A stretch of 64,000 nucleotides of DNA, from assembly GCA_010909165.1 (NCBI GenBank), contig MU008184.1:868001-932000 (forward strand), in the 5' to 3' direction. This stretch comes from Anthoceros angustus (Eukaryota > Plantae > Anthocerotophyta). The notes beneath the pieces were generated by a model, which did no database searches, was not told the DNA's origin, and saw only the letters and a program-made list of their open reading frames with translations. Position 1 is the first letter of the stretch, and every line of letters starts with the position of its first letter. The translations under genes and the position numbers were made by a program. This document shows, in pieces, positions 1-9,732 of the stretch.

Positions 1-1308
1 GCACAGTTGCGGCTGACCTCCAATTGATCAATCTCCTTGTCAAAGCCTCAATTTGGTTGTTTAGACCTCCACCACACAGTGGCGTTGCTCCTCTCCATTC
101 GGTGCGCTCCTTTACCCTTCTTGTCTTTCTCGCTTGGCGCTCGGCCTCTTCTTGTCTTCGTCAATCTCTCCAAATCCTTCTTCATTCTCCTTTCGTAGGC
201 TCCGTCTCCTCATCCGTGGGTGACTCGATGACACTTCCTTGTTTCGGCGTGAAGAGGCGAAGAATGAGAGGACGAGGGAGGCGGAGGATCTGCCTCCCTT
301 ATGCTTCCCATGCTCCCTCCGCTTCTTCCTTGACGACCAAGCTCCCGTAATCTTCAGCCAACTTCAATGCTCCTTGCGTAGTCGTTCCTCTCGACAAGAA
401 CATCCATCTTAGTGGGCAACCCACTTACAAACCAATCTAACGCCCGCCATCAATAGCCTCGTGGTAGGACCTCCTCGAACAATGGTCTACACCTTGGAGC
501 GATCCAAGTAGGTAGAACCTCTCACGTAATCATACTTGCTTCTTCTTTCTCCTGCGGAGAGTCCTCAATCTCGCCAATGTATGATGTCCGTGACTCAACC
601 CTCTAAACCTTGTTAGGAACTCGATTTGAAGTCTTCCCAATGGCTTGTTGCGTCCCATACGCCCCATCGCATCATGCGTGTCCTCTTAACAAACCGGAAA
701 AATTCGCAAACGGTCCGCCGCTGAATCCTCTAAATTAGCATGAGAGACATGCTCAAGCGTGCGAATAAAAGCCTCCGCTCTCCCTTCTTCTTGTCTCCAA
801 ACTTCACATCTGCATCGACTATGTGGCGCAATGAGCCACCTCCTCCTACCGTGGTGCCTCCCACGACTCCACTCATGTTGGGCCTGGTTGGTGTTGCACC
901 CCTTGCGCTGCTCCCAACATCGATCGATCGACGAATCGACACCACCGGTGTCTGCCCTCCGGCGAAATCGCTACCGACCTTCCGTTGGTACACCGCAACG
1001 TGTCTCGCCGAGGGTACCGTCCCTTTTCGTGATTTGAGACTGCCCTTCCAATGTCGACCTGCATTTCGGATCACTGTTTCGTCCCTTCTTGGTTCTTCCA
1101 ACTCTTCACCTTCACTGTGAAGTGCAAAATCTTCTTCTTCAAGTGCGTCGAGTGAAGGCACAAAATCCTCTTCCTCCCCTCGATCGCGTCGTTCTCTCAG
1201 ACTTCTTTCTCGCAGTTGATTCCTCCGTGTCGCTCGCAACTCTCTTGGTGAAATATATGGAGATGACCTTCCTCCGGATGCTCTTCGTTCACCACGTCCT
1301 CCGGTCAT
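1..1308 (-). pseudogene. gag: gag-like remnant of Ty3/gypsy element X (continues past the left edge)
   Basis: Follows the tRNA-Asp PBS. ORF 730-1308 continues across frameshifts into gag-like segments (RLRTL..., YDYV.RF, WFVSGLP, ALKLAEDY). Confidence 0.55.
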
Positions 1309-1361
1309 CGACGTACATCTTCACACTCTCCATTCGAACAAAGAAAAAACACACAGCCCAC

Positions 1362-1379
1362 TCCCCGGCAACGGCGCCA
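1362..1379 (-). other. primer-binding site complementary to the tRNA-Asp 3' end
   Basis: Minus strand reads TGGCGCCGTTGCCGGGGA, 4 nt after an LTR-like end ...CCACCACA; matches the plant tRNA-Asp(GTC) 3' end TCCCCGGCAACGGCGCCA. Confidence 0.8.
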
Positions 1380-1779
1380 AAAATGTGGTGGGAGGTTCCC
1401 GGGACCCCCGGAACCCTCACCAGAAGGCCACACTTATCCCAATCGGTCACAAGAGGTTTCGCTCCCACGAAGGGTGGGGAGCCCTTCCCGCGGATGGAGG
1501 TGCGCCTCGACCGACCTCTCGACTTATCGACTGCAGTGCCCTGACCGACTAACCGCCTCCTACTACGCCTGGGTGACCCACCCTCGGTAAGTCACACTAC
1601 CCCACGCGATGACTCGTCGGCGCGGACCTCGTCGCGAGAGGCACCTAATCTGCACCTTGGGGACCCCAAATCACCGTCATGGGCAATCCTCCCACCAGCG
1701 CAGCTCCTACCCCCTAAGACCCTTCTCATGACAAATTTGGGGCCGCCCCTCAAGCTCACACCCCCCTCCTCACCTCTTC

Positions 1780-1945
1780 TTTGTCTTTTCTCTTTCTCTC
1801 TTGCTCCTTCCTTCTCCTCTCTTGCTCATCCTCTCTAGCTCCTCTCTCGCTCTCCTCTCGCCTCACTCTCGCCTCACCTCTCGCCTCTCTCTCGCCTCTT
1901 TCTCTTCTCTTCTCCTCTCTCTCTAATCTACCTCTTCCACTCTTC
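1780..1945. repeat. CT-rich low-complexity tract
   Basis: Imperfect (CT)n/CTCG runs. Confidence 0.85.
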
Positions 1946-2317
1946 CTAGCTAACTATCGCCCGGGCGCCTCCCCGCCTCCCAAAGAATCGCCTCAGATCA
2001 TAGGGCATTGCCTCACTACCTAGGCAGACGCCGCAAGTGACGCCCCGCGTCGGATTTTGCTAGGGGTCTTCCCTTTACCACTGCGCACTGCTATCGCAAC
2101 CACAATGCCGCCCCTCACCGCCGAACGCTACCCACTGCTACCTCAGAAGAAAGGTTTGGGGCCCCTCACCCCCGTCACCGCACCTCAAGACCCTACCACA
2201 CCATGCACCCTCACACGGCAAGACGCACGCTTGTGTAGCAAGACAAGCACACATGTCGAGAGAGCAAGGCATGACATTTTATTATGGAGCTCCTCCCCTC
2301 TTATAGGAGCTCCCCAA

Positions 2318-2598
2318 ACCCTAGCATTAATTAACTCGGGGGTGGGGTTGCTTATAAGTAGGTGGCCTCTTAAAGGTTCTTAACCTACCTCCCAACAATC
2401 CCACTAACCCCTAGCATTAATTAAGTCCGGTGGGGTAGGTTGCTTATGGTTTTTTAGGTGGCCTCTTAAAGGTTCTTAACCTACCTCCTAACAATCCCAC
2501 TAACCCCTAGCATTAATTAAGTCTCGGTGGGGTAGCTTTTTAAGTAGGTGGCCTCTTAAAGGTTCTTAACCTACCCTAACAATCCCACTAACCCCTAG
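2318..2598. repeat. tandem repeat, 3 copies of about 90-95 bp
   Basis: Unit CCCTAGCATTAATTAA...TAGGTGGCCTCTTAAAGGTTCTTAACCTACC...AACAATCCCACTAA starts near 2318, 2407 and 2503. Confidence 0.92.
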
Positions 2599-2630
2599 GG
2601 GTCTTAATGACCCATTCACTCCCCTACCAA

Positions 2631-3890
2631 CTATTTGCCTACTTCTTCTTGGTGTTGGCATGGCCGTGCGCCCAACCACCGCCTTCCTCCTCTTGGCTTG
2701 GGACCGCCCCGTCCGGATCTCTTCACTTCGTCGCGACAGAACCTCCACACTGCCTCCCCGATGTTGACTGCTGAGGCACTGAACGCCACCCCTCTTGCGT
2801 GCCTCTTGTAGAGGCACCTCTCAGTATATCTCAGACACCGAATTACCTCCGGTTGGGTGTTGGTGCCCTGCCCGCCGCCAGACACCCCACCAACTCTACC
2901 TACTGAAATCTCTTCCTCTTCCATTGGCTCCTCCCACATTGAGCCTTCGCATCCATTTCACTCTCCAAGTCCCGAATCTCCGGGTTGAGGGTCGCAATTC
3001 TTCCAAAATCTTCGCCATCGTGGGGACCCAACAACTTCCTTGTCAACAAGGAACGATCTCCTTGGCGAACTTGTTGACCCTAGCATGTAAGTGGACCCGC
3101 ATCTCCGGCCCTTCAAACAAATCTCATCAAATTCCTCGGGCCACTCTCACGAGGCTATCTTACTGCAACGCATCCCTCTCAAGCGCCACCTCACTCAAAC
3201 GGTCAGAAGTGACATTCTCGGCATCTCTCTTCCATGCCTCCAAGATCCCTTGCCGCCATGCATAATCAGCCGAAAGCGTGTGCTTCCGACGACCAAAGAT
3301 GCATCATTTTCCTCCGTGGGCTACCTCTTCCTTCCACCGCTGGTCAGCCTCCGTTGCTTGCTTCATGAGCTCCTCACGCCCTTACTCCATGTGGCCCGTC
3401 CTCCCTCCAGCCTCCTTGAGTTTGGCCTCCAGCTTCTTCATTCTTGGCTTGAGCAACTCAGCCTCCCCTCTACTTACATATATAGGGTGAGGAAGGATTT
3501 TCCACCCAAAGGCCAAGGACGAAATTTCCGTCCCAAGGACCTTTTCCCCTTCGACGTTGGAATTCCTCAACCACCAAGGCCAAGGACATGCGCCCGATTT
3601 CTTCCTCCGAGCGCCAAGGACGATTTCTATATATGCATGCATGCGCCTCCTCCTTGGTGCTTTTCTTCCTCCTTTCCTGTCTGCTGCAGACCACCTCCAA
3701 GCTCGCCGCTCCCGAATTGCTCGTCTGCAACTCAAGACCTTCTCACAAGGCCTTCCATTGGAGTAAGGACTTTACCCCCTGCATGTCCGGACTGTCGAAT
3801 CGTGACTCGCGCCGCCACTAGGCCTGCACCAGCCTCCTTCTTGGCAAGTTCGGCCTTCCGAACCTTCCTCACAGAACTTTCCTGACCTCC
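2631..3890 (-). pseudogene. frameshifted coiled-coil ORF inside the element X LTR or 3' region
   Basis: Segments MKKLEAKLKEAGG, EAWKRDAENVT..RLSEVALERDAL and EMRVHLHARVNKFAKE; a homolog lies at 63560-64000 (+). Confidence 0.5.
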
Positions 3891-4136
3891 GTCCTCCGTT
3901 TTGAATCATGTTTTCTCCTTCTCCGCTGGACCTGCTTTTGAATCATGTTTTCCTCCTTTCGTCTGGCCCGTGGGGACCGTAAACTCGCCCCGCCCGCTTC
4001 CACTTGCTCCTTGCTGCCTCTTCCGCCGTTGTTCTCAGAGAAAAAGAAAAAGAAAAATAAAACCTAACTAATATGAACAAAACTAAGAGGCATCCGCCCC
4101 TCTTCCAACCGTGGACCCAAAATTTGGCGTTCCACA

Positions 4137-4330
4137 ACTTAGCACCAAAATGCCCTAAGCTTTCATGCACCTGGGTGATGAGTCTCACCCGGTCCTCCGG
4201 CTTGGGTACAATTCTATCTTCCGCAGAATCACGGACATACATTATGTCCTCCTTCCAATAGTACCGAGCCACCTTCTCGCGTAGCTTGGCCTGCTTCTGA
4301 GATGAAAGCCCTTGTGGCAATTCCCGACCT
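4137..4330 (-). pseudogene. pol: integrase N-terminal zinc-binding fragment, interrupted at 4136
   Basis: RIVPKPEDRVRLITQVHESLGHFGA, then an abrupt switch to TGTGGAACG... Confidence 0.8.
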
Positions 4331-4399
4331 TAGGAAGGTCACCGCTATTGCATCCGCCTGGATGTCCTGACGGACTACAAAGCGATGAGTGGAGGGTCT

Positions 4400-5793
4400 C
4401 TTCAAAGATCCTCATAAAGATGGCCAACATGGTATCTGGACTACTCTCCCCCACCGTTGCTCGTCATCCGAATCTTGCCCGCCCCGTAGTGTCTTCGTTG
4501 AGGTAGAGGATTCCTTGACAACCCATCGATTAGAGTGAACTCTACCGCTTGTTCGATGACAAAGTCATACCCCGGAGAATGAGAGCCACCTCGCCTTTCC
4601 GTAGCTTGGCTCATCAACCAATGCAAGGGTTGATGGTGGTGATTAGTAAAATTGATGTCCAAACAAGTACACGAAAGTGTCCGATCGCCCACAGACATTC
4701 TCCTTCATAGGCGTAGTAGTTGGACTCACCGTTGTTGCTCCGATGCATAGGCAATGACATGTTCCTCTTCCTTGTCATTGATCCGCGCCAAGATCGCCTA
4801 TGCCGCATTTGCTCCAATCGTAAAGTACGAATGGCCATCAAGTTTGGATGACCAAGAATTGGCGAGCTCATGAGTCTACCTTCAACTCCATGAAAGCCGA
4901 CTCCTCTTGAGTCCAACGCCAAGTCACCAACTTCTTCAACAAGTCATTCAATGGCCGCAATCCCGCTCATCCGCGGAATGAACTTCCTGTAGTAACCCGC
5001 CAAACCCAAGAATGCCCTCAACTTGAGATGTCGCTTGGGAATGCGCGATTGCCTCCACCTTGGTGGCATGCGGCGAGATCCGTCGTGATCCAATGACCCA
5101 AGTACAACACCTTATCCTCTCCAAATCGACACTTCGGATGGGCCTTCAACCCACAAGCCCTAGCAAAGACCGCTCAAGATGTTGTAGATGCTCCTCAAAG
5201 GTATTGCTGAAGATGATGACATCATCAATGTAGCACTTGGCGAAATGCAAGTCCTTGAGCTCATTGTCCATGTATTTGAATGCTGCTATGTCTTCAACCC
5301 AAATGGCATGTAATTCCACTCGTAAGCAATCTACCCCAACGCCGCTTTCTTCTTGTCTTCTTGATCTCTACTTGGTGAAACCCTAGCCTCAAGTCCAATG
5401 TTGAGAAGAACTTGCACCCAATGGTGTCAAGATCTCTTGCCGTCGGCATGGGATAGTGGTCATGTGGATTCGCCGTTCAACGCCGATAGTCACCACACAT
5501 TCTCCTCTCGTCCACAATCCATTCTCATCCTTCTTTTCGGAAGCACCGCCGCATGCATCCGAGTTAGATCGTCGAATCAGCCCTAGCTTGAGAAGCTCTT
5601 GGCATCGATTCTCAACCAAATCCCACTCATTCGAGCGTGCCTCTGGAACACGGTTCATCCGTGGTCGTTCTATGTGGAACTTCCCTTTGGTGTACTTCCC
5701 CATCTCCGCAAGCGTGAAAGCAAACACATGTCGCGATGCCTCCAACAACTCCTTTAGCCGACGCTGATTGCTCTTCAACTCGACGCTAACCAC
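4400..5793 (-). pseudogene. pol: gypsy reverse transcriptase and RNase H, frameshifted
   Basis: LLKLGLIRRSNS, KKDENG, YEWNYMPFGLK, CYIDDVII; RNase H segments SNYYAYEGECL, NHHQPLHWLM and DGLSRNP. Confidence 0.88.
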
Positions 5794-5964
5794 TCATGTG
5801 GTGTGGCTCGATGGCTTGCACGCTTCCTCTACGTGCTCGCTCTCCTTGCCTCCAAACTCGCCTTCTCCGCTGAGATGCGAGTCGGAATGTCCTTCACCCA
5901 CCGAACCCGCTTCAACCCCGCCTTCGGTTTCGTTGGTAAGCGACTCCAGCTAAACAACCAGTCA

Positions 5965-6830
5965 TCATGTTCATGTCAAATGCTTGCCCAAGCAATCGAC
6001 ACTGCCTTCTCGGTCACTGTCTTGTGGCTCTGCAAATCCATGGCCAACTCCCTCTCGTGGCTGGGCTCTCCCAAGGCCTCGCCATGTCCGTCCACCACAA
6101 TGCCGGGCCATGGTTCCAAGGCGTAAGACTTGGACTTGGACACAAAGGTTGGCCAAGCCGCCATGGGGTGTCCAGCGTTCACAGTGCTTGTCACCTTGAT
6201 GACTTGTTGGGCATGCCTTCCGATGCTAGCACATCCTTGACAACATGATTAGGTCGCTTGGTGAACGACCTCGACACTTCAAATGTTCCAAGGAGCAAGG
6301 TTAGTCCACATGGACCTCAACCTATGAGCCCTCGAACCAAATTGAGTCGCATCCAATAGAAGCTCGACCCAACACTCCTCGGATCGTGGCAAAATCCTCG
6401 AACTTGCTTCTTCACGCCATGCATGCCGGCACATTCTCCAACATGTATCCACAAGGCCTTTCTTGCCCTTTCCGGATCAAGCGCAAGATCCTCATCGTCA
6501 TAGAACAATGCCGTGGATCCTTGACCTTGACCCTTGCCTCGCAGAGGATAGTCCTTGACACTCCCAACCCCGCGATGACAAGGTCCACCGCTGCCCAAGA
6601 CAACTCAAATGGGACAACCCTATCATGCGAACATCCATCGCGCCCGGTAACCCTTCACCGACTCCCACGCCGAGGTTAGGTACTCCCCATCAAGTCTCTT
6701 ACGCTCGTGACACAATCCTTGCTTTTGGATCCGGGTCACAATGCACGATCTTCGCACTTTGATGCCACACTTTAACTTGGCGTCGATGCCTCAAAGAGTT
6801 CCACGAGCACTATGCCGCCTTCCCGAGGTC
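5965..6830 (-). pseudogene. C5 cytosine DNA methyltransferase domain embedded in pol
   Basis: Motifs in canonical order across frameshifts: I IVLVELF (6793-6810); IV VDLVIAG-WECQGLS (Cys at 6558-6560); VI GYMLENVP (6430-6438); VIII LDATQFGSRAHRLRSMWTN (about 6290-6350); then WPTFVS and IX EPS.HERE.AM; weak X-like DCLG near 5990. Confidence 0.9.
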
Positions 6831-7199
6831 GCCATGTGATGACCGGTGTTTAGGTCACAAACAGCTCAACCCTAGGCAAGAACTTACATGCAGCCTCCGG
6901 CTCATAGGACACCGGTCCTCTTGCACCATCCTCCATGCCTTTTGCACGGCTCATTGCTGCAGCCACCACTCGTCTCGACTTGAAGAACCTCCTCAGGGTG
7001 GTTGCAACCCTAGCTTGTCTTCCTCCTCCTCGCCGAAATCCTCCATCGTCGGCCGGGTTGTTAGACACGCCAAGAGGTTCAAGCACGTATGGCGTGTCCT
7101 TCACCACGGCGCCAAACACGGGTAGACGCTGCTGGCAATGAGGTTCTCATGATCCTTGCCATGCAGAGGGATGCGGGCAATCCGCTCATCTGGTTTTGC

Positions 7200-7540
7200 T
7201 AGCTTCTCCATGGGTCGATAGTAGACTGCTCCGTCACAAATCCACCATGACCTGTGTTTGTACAAGCGCCCGCCCAAAGAAGACATCAAATGTCTCGTGA
7301 CCAAGATCAAGCAGGTACCTCGACAAAGGTGAAGTCTGCTGTTCTTGGTTTGAATGAAACCTTCAGCTTGTACCTTGTCACCCCAACACATGCTCCGTGG
7401 TCCCAAATCGGATCTTCCACTTGGTTTCCTTCAACCTTTCTTGGTGGAGACCCAACGCCTTCACTCTTCTTCCAACGATCACCTACGTGCTCGTGTCAAT
7501 CAACACCTCCTTGGTGCGAATCCATTGATTTCAATGTGCC
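7200..7540 (-). pseudogene. pol: retropepsin-like aspartic protease remnant
   Basis: INGFAPKEVLIDT(G/S), followed by a flap-like region and FDVFFGR; frameshifted. Confidence 0.6.
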
Positions 7541-7999
7541 TCCCGATTGTTGACCAAAGCCACCCCCACGATTCCGCTTCCACGAGATGCTTGGTTCGAG
7601 GTCAAATGACATCATTGCTACTGTGGCAAATCTTGACACTTGCTTCCTTCTTCAAGGGTTGTCAACATCCGCCGAGTCAAACCCGACTTCCTTCACGCCA
7701 ACCCCATGTCTTGTAGGTCAAACATGGCATCTCCGAAGCTTTTGTGCCATCGCTCACAAGAATCACGGGTTTCTCCACATCGCCCACTACTGACTTTGAT
7801 GTTGCTCCCACAGTTGCTTGTTGGCAATGGCTCAAACGACTTTGGCATCTTGGCATAGGTTCGGAAGAGGATCCCAAGCTTCCTTCCGTGTCTTCCGTGA
7901 CCGGTGTCAAGACATCCTCTTCCTCCTCGAGCTATCTTCTCTCGTAGCTGCAGGTTTCTTCCCTTGCCCTTGATCCGGGTCACGCCATGTATCCAAGCT

Positions 8000-9246
8000 T
8001 GTGCTCATCTTCTTCGCCCCTCCGATGATGAACGCCGCTCCTTGATCTTCGCCTTCGCACCAACTTCTCCAGCTTTGCAGGCGTGCCAATGAGCCCATCG
8101 CCTTCTTTGATGCTTCCGCTTTCTTTTGTCCACGGGACTTCGCCGGCCTCCTCCACGCCTTTGCTCTTGATTTTGTGGATGAGGTTGACGATGCATTGGC
8201 CGGGGTTGTCGATAACCCAGGCCGCAATTCGGATGCTTCTCCAACATGCCGCTTCATTGTGCCCATACCTCCCACACCTAGGGCATGGCTCCTCACCCTT
8301 GACTCCTCCGAATGCATGCTCGCACTCAGGGGAATGGTCCGCCCCTCGGCACCTCACGCAGGGCTCGCCACACGTGTGGGCTGGCTTGTCTCGCCGAGCT
8401 CCTCCACTGACCTCCGCGGCCATGTCGCCCACCACTCCTACTTGCCGGAGTAATCACTAACAAAGACGAGAGAAAGTGTCGGGCCCTATCTTGTCACCAT
8501 CTACACTTCCTTGAGGGTGTAGTTGCCTTCGCGGCCGCGTGCACCGCTTGTTGCACCTTCATGCGCAGCGCATATGGCAATGCTCGCAAGTACCGCACCC
8601 GGCCACTCATGATCTTGGTGTCATGCATCAACCGGTCGATTCTTCGATAAGCCATAGCCTCGCCGACTTCATCTTGAAGTGTGTCACCGAGATCTTCTCA
8701 TCCGTGCTGAAACTCCACCGAAGATGTCAAACATCTCTTCGATGGGATCGTGCTCACTCGCGACACCGCTCGCACCGTTCCTTCGGAGCTTGAATCGCTA
8801 CTCATCGGTCCTCCATGCTCAACAACCTCGCCTTGTGCTCGCGATAGCGCCAATGCTTCATCCCCAAGTACTTGCATTTGGATGGTGTATCGCTTCGTGT
8901 ATCGGTCTTCAATTCCATCTCCGCACACACCGCACGCATTTCGATGAAGTCCTCCGTGGCAGGTGCCCGCCGTCCCGTGAACAACTCCATTCGATCCTTG
9001 TCTCCTCCCATCTTGACGACTCCTAGACAAGTCCTCCTCGCCGCCCACTGAGTTGTCCCGGCAAAGACTAACGTGTCTTGTGTGTTGCCACCGATCCTTC
9101 AAAGATTGTTGATTGTGTCGGGTTCCTCCGTCCTTCGGTACCAAAATCGAGGTGTTCGTGACTTCTCCTCTTGGTCGGGACTTCAATTCGCCTCGATGGA
9201 CTTGCCGTTGGTAGCTCCGTCCGGATCGGTGTCCGTGCATGCACAC
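8000..9246 (-). pseudogene. gag: gypsy gag with two CCHC-type zinc knuckles
   Basis: CVRCRGADHSPEC and CPRCGRYGHNEAAC in ORF 7980-8435. Confidence 0.75.
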
Positions 9247-9456
9247 TGTGCGGTTAGTGGCTAGGTCAAACCCTTAATCAAGGTTAACACACCCCGCTAA
9301 CTTAGATCGTGATTAGTGAAACCTCTAAGTATCTATGCATGTTTAAATTGCATAGAAATACGCTGCAGGCTATCTTTCAACCAAAAATGTGAGCTGAGTG
9401 AGTTGGATAGCAAAGGCATAAGAACTCCAAAGGTAAGCACCCATGGGGTGGATCAG

Positions 9457-9474
9457 TACCTGGGTGGGGTGCCA
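9457..9474 (-). other. putative primer-binding site of the DNMT-gypsy (tRNA not identified)
   Basis: TGGCACCCCACCCAGGTAC upstream of gag; has the TGG start but no confident tRNA match. Confidence 0.35.
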
Positions 9475-9732
9475 ACTAACTAGGTGCCGTCATGCATGCT
9501 CAGTCTGATTGAGTCCCTCTGCCGATTCAGATGCAGTGCAGTCCTCCGCTCCCGGGTGCGGTCCGGAGTCCTCCGCCGACTCCGAGTGCGGTCCGGAGTC
9601 CCTCTGCCGACTCCCGGTGTCCGGGTCCTCTCTGCCGACTCGGTCACGGTCCAAAGTACTCGGCCTTATTTCCCCCTTTTACCGCCTTTTTCCCTCCATA
9701 CTTACAGAAAAAAACAAAACCTAGCTTACTGC

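Larger units (their letters stand above)
1384..4136 (-). repeat. probable long 5' LTR of element X (about 2.75 kb)
   Basis: Bounded by TGTGG (1384) and CCACA (4136); abuts the PBS on one side and interrupts the neighbouring integrase on the other; TATA-like CTATAAGA near 2300. The partner LTR is outside the window, so the length is unconfirmed. Confidence 0.5.
4137..9474 (-). mobile_element. Ty3/gypsy LTR retrotransposon internal region carrying a C5 DNA methyltransferase
   Basis: Collinear gag (2 zinc knuckles), protease, DNMT, RT (YIDD at 5221-5232), RNase H and integrase N-terminus; the RT-RH-IN order is gypsy-type. Confidence 0.9.

Noticed and set aside
1362-1379. tRNA genes at tRNA-matching sites (also 28141, 53208, 54048, 55596)
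   Set aside because: Only 11-18 nt 3'-end complements next to LTR ends, i.e. primer-binding sites.
24-9264. Plus-strand ORFs in the ORF track over 1-9.3 kb
   Set aside because: Antisense shadows of minus-strand retroelement genes or products of CT-rich sequence (e.g. 1781-2023); no motifs recognised.
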